Source: an uncultured Clostridia bacterium | Lineage (GTDB): Bacteria > Bacillota > Clostridia > Christensenellales > UBA1242 | Direction: 5' to 3' | DNA: 64,000 nt | Assembly (NCBI GenBank): GCA_944383295.1 | Contig: CALWOW010000008.1 | Span: 9,570-73,569, forward strand | Part shown: positions 36,748 to 47,119 of the stretch, in pieces | Layout: each line of letters starts with the position of its first letter | How positions within the stretch are numbered: position 1 is the first letter of the stretch | Program-made: the position numbers and the translations under genes | Notes under the pieces: generated by a model | The model's database searches: none | What the model was told of the DNA's origin: nothing | The model's input: only the letters and a program-made list of their open reading frames with translations

Positions 36748-38280
36748 ATGGCATTTGAACCAAAAAGCGCTGAAATTGAATTAAAGTACACAAAAACACA
36801 AAACACGGAAACAATTCCCGTTGTTATGACATTAACTTCAAACGATGGTGCAATTTCAAGAGTTATATCTGTATCGGCAAATCCTTTTATTGAAAGTGTA
36901 GTACCTAGTGCTGGAAACGCACAAATTGATGGTAAACTTTGCGTAAAAGTATTAGTTGAGAGAGTCGAAGGCGGTTTTTCTTGCTTGGAAGGTATAAACA
37001 ATTTTACCGTACATTTAATGAACAAAGACATAAATATTGATAGCGAAATTTTTGCTACTGCAAAATTGTTGTCAGTAAACAGTGTGCAGGCTTCGGAGCA
37101 GGCAGTTACATTTACAAGTAATATTTTGGTAAAACCGATAATGCTCGCAAGCGAAAAAATCAAATATATCGCCGAGCTTCCTTTAGCACAGCAGAAAAAA
37201 GATATTATTGAATATACCGATGTTGTTGCAGGTACTGCACAAGATTTTGATTTGAATTTAGAATTAGATTTGCCATCATCAATTAGCAAAATTTTATGTG
37301 TTGAAAGTAAAGTTGTGTTATCAAAGGCGGAGGCTGGTAATGATTTAGTTGTTCTGCATGGAGAAAATTATACAAATATGATTTATTTAACAGCAGATGA
37401 ACAACCTAAACTTAAAAGCCAAAAATATGTGCAAGAATTTAATCACGAATTGCTAGCTAATAATATAACAACTGCTGATGTAGTAACAGCCACTTTACAA
37501 AATGCTGTGACGCAATACGAATTGCAGGGAGAGTTGAGCAGTACAAAGGGTACTATTTTGCTTAAAAATCAATTAAAAGCAAATATTTTTGTAAGACAAA
37601 ATAAAAGTTACGAAGCAGTCGTTGATGCCTTTTGTCCAAATTATTTACTAAACAACGAATATTCAAGCTTTGTTTCTCAAAAATTATTGTCAAGTGACTT
37701 AAATTTTGAAAAAATTGATGGTAGTATTGTGTTAGGGGAAGATTCACCACGTATTGACAAGGTTTTAGCAGTTTGCGCTGGAAATGTCGTGGTAAAATCT
37801 AGTGAAATAAGTGATGATGGAATAAAAATAGCTGGTGCATTAAACTGCAATATTATTTATGTTTTAGACGATGACAATGCTTCAACACAATCAGTTTTTG
37901 CAGAAGTCCCTTTCAATATAAACTTAAAGAAAAATGGCATAAATGATGATAATAGTTATAAATTAAATATCGTAGCAAAGGAAATTGAAGCACGAAATAA
38001 AAAATCTAAAGAAATAGATATTTTAGCTGAATTAGCCATTGAAACAACCATTCTTAATAATGTAACAGAAGCAAATTTACAAGCGGTTACATTAGGTGAC
38101 AAACGTACTCAAAACGCTAGCGCTATGGGAGTATATATAGTTTCACAAGCGCAAGATTTGTGGGAAGTATCAAAAGCATTAGCGGTGCCAAGCGAACTAA
38201 TTATGGAGCAAAATCCTGACTTACAATTTCCAATCACTTCTCCTCAAAGATTAATCATATATCGTGAAAAACATTTATAA
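36748..38280 (+). CDS. SpoVID-like protein: SPOCS (DUF3794) repeats plus C-terminal LysM-like domain
   Basis: AGGAGGG SD. Repetitive beta-rich N-terminal region typical of DUF3794. C-terminal YIVSQAQDLWEVSKALAVPSELIMEQNPDL...RLIIYR resembles LysM. Confidence 0.6.
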   Translation: MAFEPKSAEIELKYTKTQNTETIPVVMTLTSNDGAISRVISVSANPFIESVVPSAGNAQIDGKLCVKVLVERVEGGFSCLEGINNFTVHLMNKDINIDSEIFATAKLLSVNSVQASEQAVTFTSNILVKPIMLASEKIKYIAELPLAQQKKDIIEYTDVVAGTAQDFDLNLELDLPSSISKILCVESKVVLSKAEAGNDLVVLHGENYTNMIYLTADEQPKLKSQKYVQEFNHELLANNITTADVVTATLQNAVTQYELQGELSSTKGTILLKNQLKANIFVRQNKSYEAVVDAFCPNYLLNNEYSSFVSQKLLSSDLNFEKIDGSIVLGEDSPRIDKVLAVCAGNVVVKSSEISDDGIKIAGALNCNIIYVLDDDNASTQSVFAEVPFNINLKKNGINDDNSYKLNIVAKEIEARNKKSKEIDILAELAIETTILNNVTEANLQAVTLGDKRTQNASAMGVYIVSQAQDLWEVSKALAVPSELIMEQNPDLQFPITSPQRLIIYREKHL

Positions 38281-38284
38281 TTGT

Positions 38285-38312
38285 AAAGCCACAGATACTT
38301 GTGGCTTTTTTT
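38285..38312 (+). terminator. Intrinsic terminator after the SPOCS-LysM gene
   Basis: AAAGCCAC-agatactt-GTGGCTTT followed by a T-run. Confidence 0.75.
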
Positions 38313-38450
38313 GTTATTAAATACAAAACTTAAAAATTGTTTATTAAAAAAATTGTCAATATGTAAAGTTAGTAAAAGACTGTTTTTTATTTTTATAAAT
38401 TTTTGTTTAAATATTTTATAACAGGCAATAGTTTATTTAGAGGTGAGAAG

Positions 38451-38999
38451 ATGTTTAAAAAAATAGGTATAGCGTTGGCAATTTGTTTGGTGATTTTTGG
38501 GGGGATAGTAGGATATTGTAATGCACAAGGAACAGAACTGACTGCTGATAGTTTTTTACGAATACATATAAGAGCAAATAGTAATAGCGTGGAGGACCAA
38601 GCAGTAAAGTACAAAGTCAAAGATGCGATTGTAGAATACTTAACACCTATATTAGCAGATGCTAAAACAAAACCAGAAGCAATTGAGTTAGTTTCGCAAA
38701 ATTTATCACAAATTTCAAATATAGCAGGTTTAGTATTAAGTGATAATGGTTATAATTATGGCGCAAATGCAGTATTAAGGAGCGAGTATTTTCCAACTAG
38801 ATGTTACGATGATGTTGTGCTTGAAAGTGGTGAATATGATAGCATAATTTTAGAATTAGGTAGCGCATCAGGTAATAATTGGTGGTGTGTTGTGTATCCA
38901 CCATTGTGTTTTGTAAACGCAGGGGATAACAATACAGAAAATATTGTTTATCGCTCTAAATTGCTAGAAATTATAAGGACATTTTTCGGGGGTGTTTGA
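38451..38999 (+). CDS. spoIIR: Stage II sporulation protein R
   Basis: Signal/TM, then FLRIHIRANSNSVEDQAVKYKVKDAIVEYL (LRLHVxANSDSxxDQxLK signature) and WWCVVYPPLCF. Confidence 0.8.
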   Translation: MFKKIGIALAICLVIFGGIVGYCNAQGTELTADSFLRIHIRANSNSVEDQAVKYKVKDAIVEYLTPILADAKTKPEAIELVSQNLSQISNIAGLVLSDNGYNYGANAVLRSEYFPTRCYDDVVLESGEYDSIILELGSASGNNWWCVVYPPLCFVNAGDNNTENIVYRSKLLEIIRTFFGGV

Positions 39000-39670
39000 T
39001 GAAAACTAAAATGATAAAAGCGTTGGGGCTTTGCTTGTGTTTTATCACAATAGTAGCAGTGGGTTTTGTTGGTGTTTATAATCCAGAAACTTACGAAACA
39101 GAGCAAGTTGTTGCAACTGGACTTACTACTACGCAAATAAAAACTGTACAACAAAAGTTAAAAAATTGGGGATATTATACAGGCAATGTTGATGGTATTT
39201 ACGGTACAAAAACACGCAATGCAGTTATTTATTTCCAAAAAAACAATGGTTTGGTAGCAGATGGTATAGTGGGTAGCAAAACCGCTGCCGCATTAGGAAT
39301 GAGTTTGAGCTCTCAAAGTAGTAATGATTTGTACTTATTGGCAAAATGTATTTACGCAGAAGCAAGGGGCGAATCTTATGTTGGGCAAGTAGCAATTGGC
39401 GCTGTAATACTAAATAGAGTGAAAAGTAGTGCGTTCCCAAACACTGTTTACGGTGTTATTTATCAACCTTGGGCATTTACGTGTGTAAGTGATGGACAGA
39501 TAAACCTTGAACCTAATCAAACAGCTTACAACGCAGCACGTGATGCCTTAAATGGTTGGGACCCAACTTATGGCGCAATTTATTATTACAATCCAGCAAC
39601 TGCTACAAGTAGTTGGATATGGTCAAGAAAAGTTGTAGTAACAATAGGCAAACATAATTTTGCGGTTTAA
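38999..39670 (+). CDS. sleB: Spore cortex-lytic enzyme SleB
   Basis: PG_binding_1 (GYYTGNVDGIYGTKTRNAVIYFQKNNGLVADGIVG) plus Hydrolase_2 (AEARGESYVGQVAIGAVILNRV). The ATG overlaps the spoIIR TGA (TGATG). Confidence 0.85.
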   Translation: MKTKMIKALGLCLCFITIVAVGFVGVYNPETYETEQVVATGLTTTQIKTVQQKLKNWGYYTGNVDGIYGTKTRNAVIYFQKNNGLVADGIVGSKTAAALGMSLSSQSSNDLYLLAKCIYAEARGESYVGQVAIGAVILNRVKSSAFPNTVYGVIYQPWAFTCVSDGQINLEPNQTAYNAARDALNGWDPTYGAIYYYNPATATSSWIWSRKVVVTIGKHNFAV

Positions 39671-39683
39671 TAGGAGGTAAAAG

Positions 39684-41012
39684 ATGAATAAATGGGCGAT
39701 AACAGCCATTGTCCTCGGTTGCGTATTAGCTGTAGGAACAATTACTTGGACAGGTATAAGTTGGGGGACAACGGCAAATACGTTGGGAATGTATAAAAAT
39801 CAATTAGAATATGTTTATGAAAGAAATTTATACGAACTTACAGACAATATAAATAATATTGAGTCAAATTTGTCTAAATTAAAAATTTCCACTGATTCTC
39901 AAGTTCAAGAAAAATATCTTGCAAATATTGTTGCACTTGCAAATTCTGCGCAAAACAACATAGCAACTTTACCTATTGAGCATAATGCTATAAATGATAC
40001 TATTACTTTCATAAATCAATTAAGCGGTTTTTGTTTGGTTTTACAACAAGATTTGGCAAAGGGTGAAGATATAAGTTTAGATGATATGGACCAAATTGCT
40101 AGTTTGCATACTTCAAGTCAAAATATAAAATACGAATTAAATAGATTGACTGTGTTAGTTTCTACCGATTATTCTATTGTTGATAATGTAAAAGACCCAA
40201 ATAAAGGCAGTAGTAATTTTAATAATGAATTTAATGGGTTAAATAATGATATTGTAGAATATCCGCAACTTATTTATGATGGACCTTTCAGTGATTCGGT
40301 GACCAACAAAACAATCAAAGGTTTGTCAGAAAAAGAAATAAATAGTGAAGAAGCGTTAAATCGAGTAAAAAAATGGTTTTCAGGTTACGAAGTTGAAGCG
40401 ACAGGGGAAACTAATGGCGAGTTTGAAACATTTAATTTTAAATTAACAAAAGGCAATCAAGAATACTATGCACAGGTTACAAAACGAGATGGAATTTTGT
40501 TGCAGTTTAATGGTGGATATGAAACAGGCGAAAGTAGTAAGACGGAAGATGAATGTCGTACCATAGCAGAAACTTTTGCTACTACGTTGGGCTTTGAAGA
40601 TTTACACGCAGTATGGAGTACCGCAAGCCAAGGTTTTGTTTATGTAAATTTAACTCCTATAGTAAATGATGTAATTATTTACCCAGATATGATTAAAGTA
40701 AAAGTTGCGCAAGATAATGGCGAAATCGTTGGTTGGGAAGCACGCAGTTGGGCATTTAATCATACGACTCGCACTGATTTGAGCCCTACAATTGACGAGG
40801 TAAAAGCACGTCAAAGTTTAACAAGTGATATGGATGTACGTACAACAAAACTTGCCATTATCCCAAATGATTACGTAGGTGAAACTCTAACTTATGAATT
40901 TATGTGTATCAATGAAGGTGCAACCTATTATGTATATGTAAATGCTAAAACAGGGGAGCAGGTAAACATTCTAAAAATTATTGAAACAGATGATGGAAAC
41001 TTGTTGATGTAA
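39684..41012 (+). CDS. ypeB: Germination protein YpeB
   Basis: N-terminal TM, YpeB-type helical region and C-terminal PepSY-like repeats. Immediately follows sleB. Confidence 0.8.
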   Translation: MNKWAITAIVLGCVLAVGTITWTGISWGTTANTLGMYKNQLEYVYERNLYELTDNINNIESNLSKLKISTDSQVQEKYLANIVALANSAQNNIATLPIEHNAINDTITFINQLSGFCLVLQQDLAKGEDISLDDMDQIASLHTSSQNIKYELNRLTVLVSTDYSIVDNVKDPNKGSSNFNNEFNGLNNDIVEYPQLIYDGPFSDSVTNKTIKGLSEKEINSEEALNRVKKWFSGYEVEATGETNGEFETFNFKLTKGNQEYYAQVTKRDGILLQFNGGYETGESSKTEDECRTIAETFATTLGFEDLHAVWSTASQGFVYVNLTPIVNDVIIYPDMIKVKVAQDNGEIVGWEARSWAFNHTTRTDLSPTIDEVKARQSLTSDMDVRTTKLAIIPNDYVGETLTYEFMCINEGATYYVYVNAKTGEQVNILKIIETDDGNLLM

Positions 41013-41041
41013 TTTTATTTAAAACAATAAACTCAAAATTG

Positions 41042-41070
41042 AAAGAATTGCCCCTTTGGGCAATTCTTTT
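41042..41070 (+). terminator. Intrinsic terminator after ypeB
   Basis: AAAGAATTGCCC-cttt-GGGCAATTCTTT followed by T. Confidence 0.8.
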
Positions 41071-41132
41071 ATACAGTTTTGTGCTTTTATAGGAGAAATG
41101 AAACTATGGAGCAAAATTTTATTACTTTTTAT

Positions 41133-41183
41133 AGGTATTATGCAATTTAAAAAAGATACTATGCAATGCATAATACCTTTTTT
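41133..41183. repeat. Palindromic intergenic repeat, locus B
   Basis: AGGTATTATGCA (41133-41144) pairs with TGCATAATACCT (41167-41178). The loop holds a direct arm copy GATACTATGCAA (41155-41166). T-run follows. Confidence 0.65.
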
Positions 41184-41195
41184 AATATGTTTATT

Positions 41196-41984
41196 TTACT
41201 TTTGTAAGTTATATTCTGTAATTGTTGTAGAATATTCGGGGTGAGGTTCAACAATTAATTTACCTAGATTATCTACAATAAAACAATCTTGAAATTTTTG
41301 GTGTAAATTTTGTAAAATATCGGGTTTAATTAGGTTTTTACTTATCCAAATGCCAGATATAACATTAGGGGGCAACCCTACTAAAATTGAAGACAATCTA
41401 GTGGAAAGTTCAAAATTATAAATATAAGAAATATTACCTATAATTGATTCCATAAATTTGTGGTTAGTATTATTTTTGTATATGTCAAACTCCAAAAGTT
41501 TTTGAAAATGTTCATTTTTGTTCGGTAAAATAATAAATGCAATTCTATCTTTGGGGCTTAAAATCGGCAAGTAATTACATTCGGGTGCAATTTGTTTCGT
41601 ATTATCCTTAACAATTTCTCTGTGTGTCTTGGAATATTCGTGAAGAGTTTGTTCATCTTCGACTTTAAAAAAATCTGCGCAGTAATAAGTCTCATCAAAT
41701 TTTTCGTAAGAACCTAAAAATTCTGGTGCGATAATTCCGTGTTTACTCATAGAATTTAGTTGTTCTTCAGTTAAAAATTTAGTTTTATTTAGCGTTGCCC
41801 CTGTGCCGTGAATAAGTGCCCCTTGGGGTAAAATAAGATTACCATTTGTATCTTTTTTGTAATGTAAATTTTTGTAGCTTGAATTTTGTAAATTGCAAAA
41901 ATTAAATAATTGATTAAAAATTATACGTCTTTGATAATTGCTTATTTTTTTATTGCTAAAATTAAAACTTTCGTAATCAATCAT
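41196..41984 (-). CDS. Hypothetical protein (262 aa), no recognisable motif
   Basis: AAGGAA SD. Last gene of a tightly packed five-gene minus-strand block. No TM or signal sequence. Confidence 0.6.
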   Translation of the reverse strand: MIDYESFNFSNKKISNYQRRIIFNQLFNFCNLQNSSYKNLHYKKDTNGNLILPQGALIHGTGATLNKTKFLTEEQLNSMSKHGIIAPEFLGSYEKFDETYYCADFFKVEDEQTLHEYSKTHREIVKDNTKQIAPECNYLPILSPKDRIAFIILPNKNEHFQKLLEFDIYKNNTNHKFMESIIGNISYIYNFELSTRLSSILVGLPPNVISGIWISKNLIKPDILQNLHQKFQDCFIVDNLGKLIVEPHPEYSTTITEYNLQK

Positions 41985-41994
41985 AAAATATTCC

Positions 41995-43077
41995 TTACTT
42001 AATTATTTCGTTTATTTCTCCGCCACCCAAACAGTTTCCATTTTGGTCATACAAAACAGCAAATTGTCCTTGAGTAATTGCACGTTGTGGGGTATAGAAG
42101 TCTAATTTTACGTTATCCCCTAAAATAGTGCATTTTACTTTTTGGTCTGCTTGACGGTAACGGAATTTAGCGAAACAGTCAAATTCTTGCTCGCTAGGTT
42201 TTTTTGGTATCCAATTAAAACCAATTGTTACTAATCCTGATGAATTTAACTCGTTTTGTGAGCCTTGAGACACATAAAGAGTATTTGTTGTTAAATCTTT
42301 TTTTACAACAAACCAAGCGCCTTGACCTTCATCTTTTTGTCCACCGATACCTAAACCTTTATGTTGTCCAATGGTATAATACATTAAACCTTGATGTGTG
42401 CCAATGGTTTTACCGTTCAAAGTTTTTATTTCACCTTTTTGAGCGGGGAGATAGTGGGATAGAAACTCTCGAAAATTTCTTTCACCTATAAAACATATGC
42501 CAGTGCTATCTTTTTTATTAGCAGTTATTAAATCATTTTCGCTTGCAATTTTTCGTACTTCTGGTTTGGTTAAATCAGCAAGCGGGAACATTGCAAAAGA
42601 AAGTTGTTCTTGATTTAATTGATTTAAAAAGTATGTTTGGTCTTTGTTTTTGTCAGCACATTTTTGCAAGTAAAATAAACCATCTTTTTCTGTTAGTCTT
42701 GCATAGTGTCCTGTCGCAACTTTGTCGGCACCCAACATTTTCGCCTTTTTAATAAAAGGGCCGAATTTAATTTCTCGATTACATAAGACATCAGGGTTTG
42801 GAGTGCGACCTTCTTTGTAACTTTTTAAAAAGTATTCAAAAACGTTTTCATAATATTCCTTACTAAAATTAACACTATAATAGGGAATACCTATTTTATC
42901 ACAAACACGACAGACATCTTGATAGTCTTGCGTGCTTGTGCAACGACCGAGAGCATCTTTTTCTTCCCAATTTTTCATAAATAAGCCGATTACATTGTAA
43001 CCTTGATTTTTCAAAAGTAAAGCGGTCACGCTAGAATCAACGCCACCGCTCATACCAACAACAATAGTTTTTTCCAT
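41995..43077 (-). CDS. mnmA: tRNA 2-thiouridine(34) synthase
   Basis: PP-loop [12 protein letters not shown], with catalytic Cys residues in NPDVLCN and DSTGICF. Confidence 0.9.
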   Translation of the reverse strand: MEKTIVVGMSGGVDSSVTALLLKNQGYNVIGLFMKNWEEKDALGRCTSTQDYQDVCRVCDKIGIPYYSVNFSKEYYENVFEYFLKSYKEGRTPNPDVLCNREIKFGPFIKKAKMLGADKVATGHYARLTEKDGLFYLQKCADKNKDQTYFLNQLNQEQLSFAMFPLADLTKPEVRKIASENDLITANKKDSTGICFIGERNFREFLSHYLPAQKGEIKTLNGKTIGTHQGLMYYTIGQHKGLGIGGQKDEGQGAWFVVKKDLTTNTLYVSQGSQNELNSSGLVTIGFNWIPKKPSEQEFDCFAKFRYRQADQKVKCTILGDNVKLDFYTPQRAITQGQFAVLYDQNGNCLGGGEINEIIK

Positions 43078-43084
43078 TCAAACC

Positions 43085-43564
43085 TCATTTTTCTTCTAGT
43101 ACAACGGGTACTTTAAATCTTTTTGTAGCAATTCGAATAATATCCCAAACCCAACAAACAAAAATCAAAGCACCCATCATTGCCATAAATACCGACAATA
43201 CTTCTAAATTGTATGCTTCAAAATCAGGATAGCCGTTTAAAAAACCGCATACCAGACCGCAAATTAGATAAAACAATAAATATGCTGTCCAACAAACTGT
43301 GAATATTATGCCAGGTATTGGCCTACGTACATAATAATAATGACCGCCCCATAATCCTAAAAATATACACATTAAAAGAGTTTTGGAGTAACTTAAATCA
43401 CTAGGGAAGTGGGTGGTATAGACCACTTTTTCTGGTTCATACTCCGCACGTGCTTTTTTAACTGCCTGATGACTAGCATTTTGTATTTGAGACATTTTTG
43501 TCCCACACTTAAAGCAAATACTAGCATTTTTATTCATTCTAGCACCACAACAAGGACAACGCAT
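43085..43564 (-). CDS. Zinc-ribbon plus TM2-domain membrane protein
   Basis: CPCCG...CFKCG zinc ribbon at the N-terminus. TM2-like GLWGGHYYYVRRPIPG between hydrophobic helices. Confidence 0.65.
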   Translation of the reverse strand: MRCPCCGARMNKNASICFKCGTKMSQIQNASHQAVKKARAEYEPEKVVYTTHFPSDLSYSKTLLMCIFLGLWGGHYYYVRRPIPGIIFTVCWTAYLLFYLICGLVCGFLNGYPDFEAYNLEVLSVFMAMMGALIFVCWVWDIIRIATKRFKVPVVLEEK

Positions 43565-43573
43565 TTAAACTCC

Positions 43574-44590
<1,017 letters not shown>

Positions 44591-44602
44591 TCACCTCTTA
44601 AT

Positions 44603-45886
44603 TTAATTCTTTTTTGTTTTTGCGCTTTTTGTACCTTTAATTTTTGAAATTGCAGGTTTTTTCGTGCTTGATTTTGTTGTTGATTTTTTTGCTTTTGTAC
44701 TTTTAGTAGAAGTTGTTTTTTGTGCCTTTGTTGTCTTTGTAGTAGGTTTATCTACATTTTGTTGTTCTGTGGCGTTTTCCTTTGTTTCTTCAACGTTTCC
44801 TTTTGTTTCTTCAACACTAGTTTCAATAGGAATTTCGGCAGGGGAAGGTGTGGTAGGGGTGATAGAAGCTTCTTCGTTTGGAGAAAGTTTAGTTGAAACT
44901 TCTTGTTTAATATTTTCTTTTACTGACTTTGTTGCTTTTTTAATTTTGTTTTCTTTTGGTTGTTTTGGCTCTGTAGCTTTTTCATTTTTATCTTCAATAT
45001 TTTCGACTATTTGTTTTCCGTTGTAAAATTGTTCTACAATATTTATTACAGGCTCACCTGCTAGATTGACGGCAACAGGTATGCCTAATCTTGCATCATA
45101 AACAAATTTTGCAGATACTACTGAACCAATGATACCAAGCAACACCCAAATAATTAAAGCAATAAATATCCAATATGTATATACACCAGAGTTACTTAAA
45201 GGAAATACGATAGCCATTACAAGTAGGGCAATAAGATAGAATGTACTCACAACGCCAAGTGCCAAAAAGGTATTGTTTGAATTTTTTTGTTCTGTTGTTG
45301 GGTTGTCAAATATTGCTTTTCTTGATACAACACGAGCAGAACGTTCAGGGTCTGGATTTACCAATCTCAAGGCTTTACTTAATGTAGGGTTTAAAATTAT
45401 AGTATTTATAGAACGGTTGTTTAACAACACAACACGTGGTTCACAGCACATATCACGTCCACGTCCCAACAATTTCAATCCCATTTGGTAAGTTACTTGC
45501 CCTAATGCTACAAACATACTTTTAAACCAATTCTCTTGTTTCTTTACAAAGACTAAATCGGCTCCGTCTATATGGCGTTTTAACATTTCCCCAACTAATT
45601 CAACATTTGTATCCATTGTAGCAAGTAAAACATCACCGTTATTAGTATAATCAAACGCATTATAAATTTGAGTATTGATATTTGTAGATGGGGCAGTAAC
45701 TATTAATTGTCGATTATTCTTGTCTTTTACAATGTCACGAAGTGCTTGTAAATTCCCATAATCTGAATTTGCCACATAAATTATTTCAAAGGGTTGTTTA
45801 AACTGTATAAGCATATTTTCGAATGCTTGGTCGCGTTCTGCGGGGTTATAATTTTTTGTATCCGCAGTAACTACGAGTGAAATCAT
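44603..45886 (-). CDS. GT-A-like (GtrB/DPM1-type architecture) membrane protein with ~130-aa K/T/E-rich tail
   Basis: N-terminal ISLVVTAD...EIIYV Rossmann-like start, two TM helices (FLALGVVSTFYLIALLVMAIVF, IFIALIIWVLLGIIGSVV). No clear DxD. Tail KTTKAQKTTSTKSTKAKKSTTKSSTKK. Confidence 0.5.
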   Translation of the reverse strand: MISLVVTADTKNYNPAERDQAFENMLIQFKQPFEIIYVANSDYGNLQALRDIVKDKNNRQLIVTAPSTNINTQIYNAFDYTNNGDVLLATMDTNVELVGEMLKRHIDGADLVFVKKQENWFKSMFVALGQVTYQMGLKLLGRGRDMCCEPRVVLLNNRSINTIILNPTLSKALRLVNPDPERSARVVSRKAIFDNPTTEQKNSNNTFLALGVVSTFYLIALLVMAIVFPLSNSGVYTYWIFIALIIWVLLGIIGSVVSAKFVYDARLGIPVAVNLAGEPVINIVEQFYNGKQIVENIEDKNEKATEPKQPKENKIKKATKSVKENIKQEVSTKLSPNEEASITPTTPSPAEIPIETSVEETKGNVEETKENATEQQNVDKPTTKTTKAQKTTSTKSTKAKKSTTKSSTKKPAISKIKGTKSAKTKKN

Positions 45887-46049
45887 ATTTTGTACCTCTC
45901 TATTTTAAACTAATTTAAGTTTAGTTTAAACATATTATATTATTTTATTTGTATTTTTTCAAATGAATTTGACTAACTTTTGCAATTTATTTGCTATTTT
46001 TACAAAAAATGACTAAAATATTTAATAGATTTATATAGGGGGAGAATTT

Positions 46050-46979
46050 ATGGCTAATAATTTAAAGAATGAATACGATATGCTTTTAAAAGCAAAAAAA
46101 GGTAAATATGCTGTAGGGGCATTTAATTTTAGTAGTTTGGAAATTATGCGTGCTATTGTAGATGCTGCAACTGAATGCAATTCGCCTGTTATTTTAGCGT
46201 TAAGCGAGGGAGGGTTGAGATATGCCGAACCTCATTACATTAGACACGTATTAAATGCAGTGTTGGAAATGACAGATGTTCCTGTAGCACTGCATCTAGA
46301 CCACGGAAAGACATTTGATATAATAAGAGAAGTTATTGATTTAGGTTTTAATAGTGTAATGATAGACGGCAGTAGTTTGCCTTATGAAGATAATATTGCA
46401 ATTACTAAAAAAGTAGTTAATTATGCTCATAAAAAAGGTGTTGTTGTTGAAGGTGAACTAGGTGTACTTGCGGGAATAGAAGACGATGTGTCAAGCGACA
46501 AACACTTGTACACAGATCCAGAGCAAGCATACGATTTTGTAAAAAAGACAGGTGTTGATAGCCTAGCTATCGCAATAGGGACAAGTCACGGAGCGTATAA
46601 ATTTAATGGCGATGCAAATTTGCGTATAGATATTTTACAACAAGTAAATGCACTTTTGCCTGACACACCTTTAGTGCTTCACGGTGCTAGTAGTGTTCCG
46701 CAAGAATATGTTGAAATTATTAATAAATTTGGTGGCGACATAAAAGGGGCAAAGGGTGTGCCTGCCGAAATGATTGCTCTTGCTTGCGAGAATGGTATAA
46801 GTAAAGTAAATTGTGATACCGATTTGCGACTTGTTTTTACTGCCACAGTAAGAAAATTTTTAGCAGAGAATCCAACCGTTTTTGACCCTCGTAAATATTT
46901 GCAAGCAAGCAAAGATGCGATGTGTGAATTTGTAAAAAGTAAGATTACTGATGTTTTGAAAAGTAACAACAAAGCATAG
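46050..46979 (+). CDS. fba: Class II fructose-1,6-bisphosphate aldolase
   Basis: ALHLDHG, SVMIDGS and GTSHGAYK motifs. GGGGGAG SD. Confidence 0.9.
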   Translation: MANNLKNEYDMLLKAKKGKYAVGAFNFSSLEIMRAIVDAATECNSPVILALSEGGLRYAEPHYIRHVLNAVLEMTDVPVALHLDHGKTFDIIREVIDLGFNSVMIDGSSLPYEDNIAITKKVVNYAHKKGVVVEGELGVLAGIEDDVSSDKHLYTDPEQAYDFVKKTGVDSLAIAIGTSHGAYKFNGDANLRIDILQQVNALLPDTPLVLHGASSVPQEYVEIINKFGGDIKGAKGVPAEMIALACENGISKVNCDTDLRLVFTATVRKFLAENPTVFDPRKYLQASKDAMCEFVKSKITDVLKSNNKA

Positions 46980-47119
46980 GTTTCTATTATTTAAGTTCAA
47001 TGACTAGTGCAAGATAAAAAGTCATATAAAACAGTTGTTATTACGTTTAAATTTTAATTAAAAAACAAAAAAGTGGATATATATTAATAAAAACAACTAT
47101 ACAATTTCATTGTAAGTAA

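Noticed and set aside
36735-37289. 184-aa ORF on the minus strand inside the SPOCS-LysM gene
   Set aside because: It is fully antisense to a well-supported gene with a strong SD. Its product is low-complexity (S/F/I/C-rich) and it has no SD. This is typical shadow-ORF behaviour in AT-rich DNA.
38424-38433. Sigma-F-type -10 element (GGCAATAGTT) upstream of spoIIR
   Set aside because: It has one mismatch to the recalled GGnRAYAMTW pattern, no acceptable -35 (GCATR) at the proper spacing, and lies so close to the SD that the transcript would start within it.
41056-41244. 62-aa plus-strand ORF between ypeB and the convergent minus-strand gene
   Set aside because: It starts inside the ypeB terminator, runs through the palindromic repeat (locus B) and overlaps the 3' end of the minus-strand gene. 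It has no SD, and its product is hydrophobic nonsense typical of T-rich DNA.
44664-45026. Antisense ORFs opposite low-complexity coding tracts (also 26899-27282, 49409-49756, 28993-29334, 59037-59384, 61765-62184, 63608-63958)
   Set aside because: Each mirrors a K/E/T-rich or Gly-rich region of a supported gene, where the complementary frame is stop-free by composition. None has an SD or a recognisable motif.
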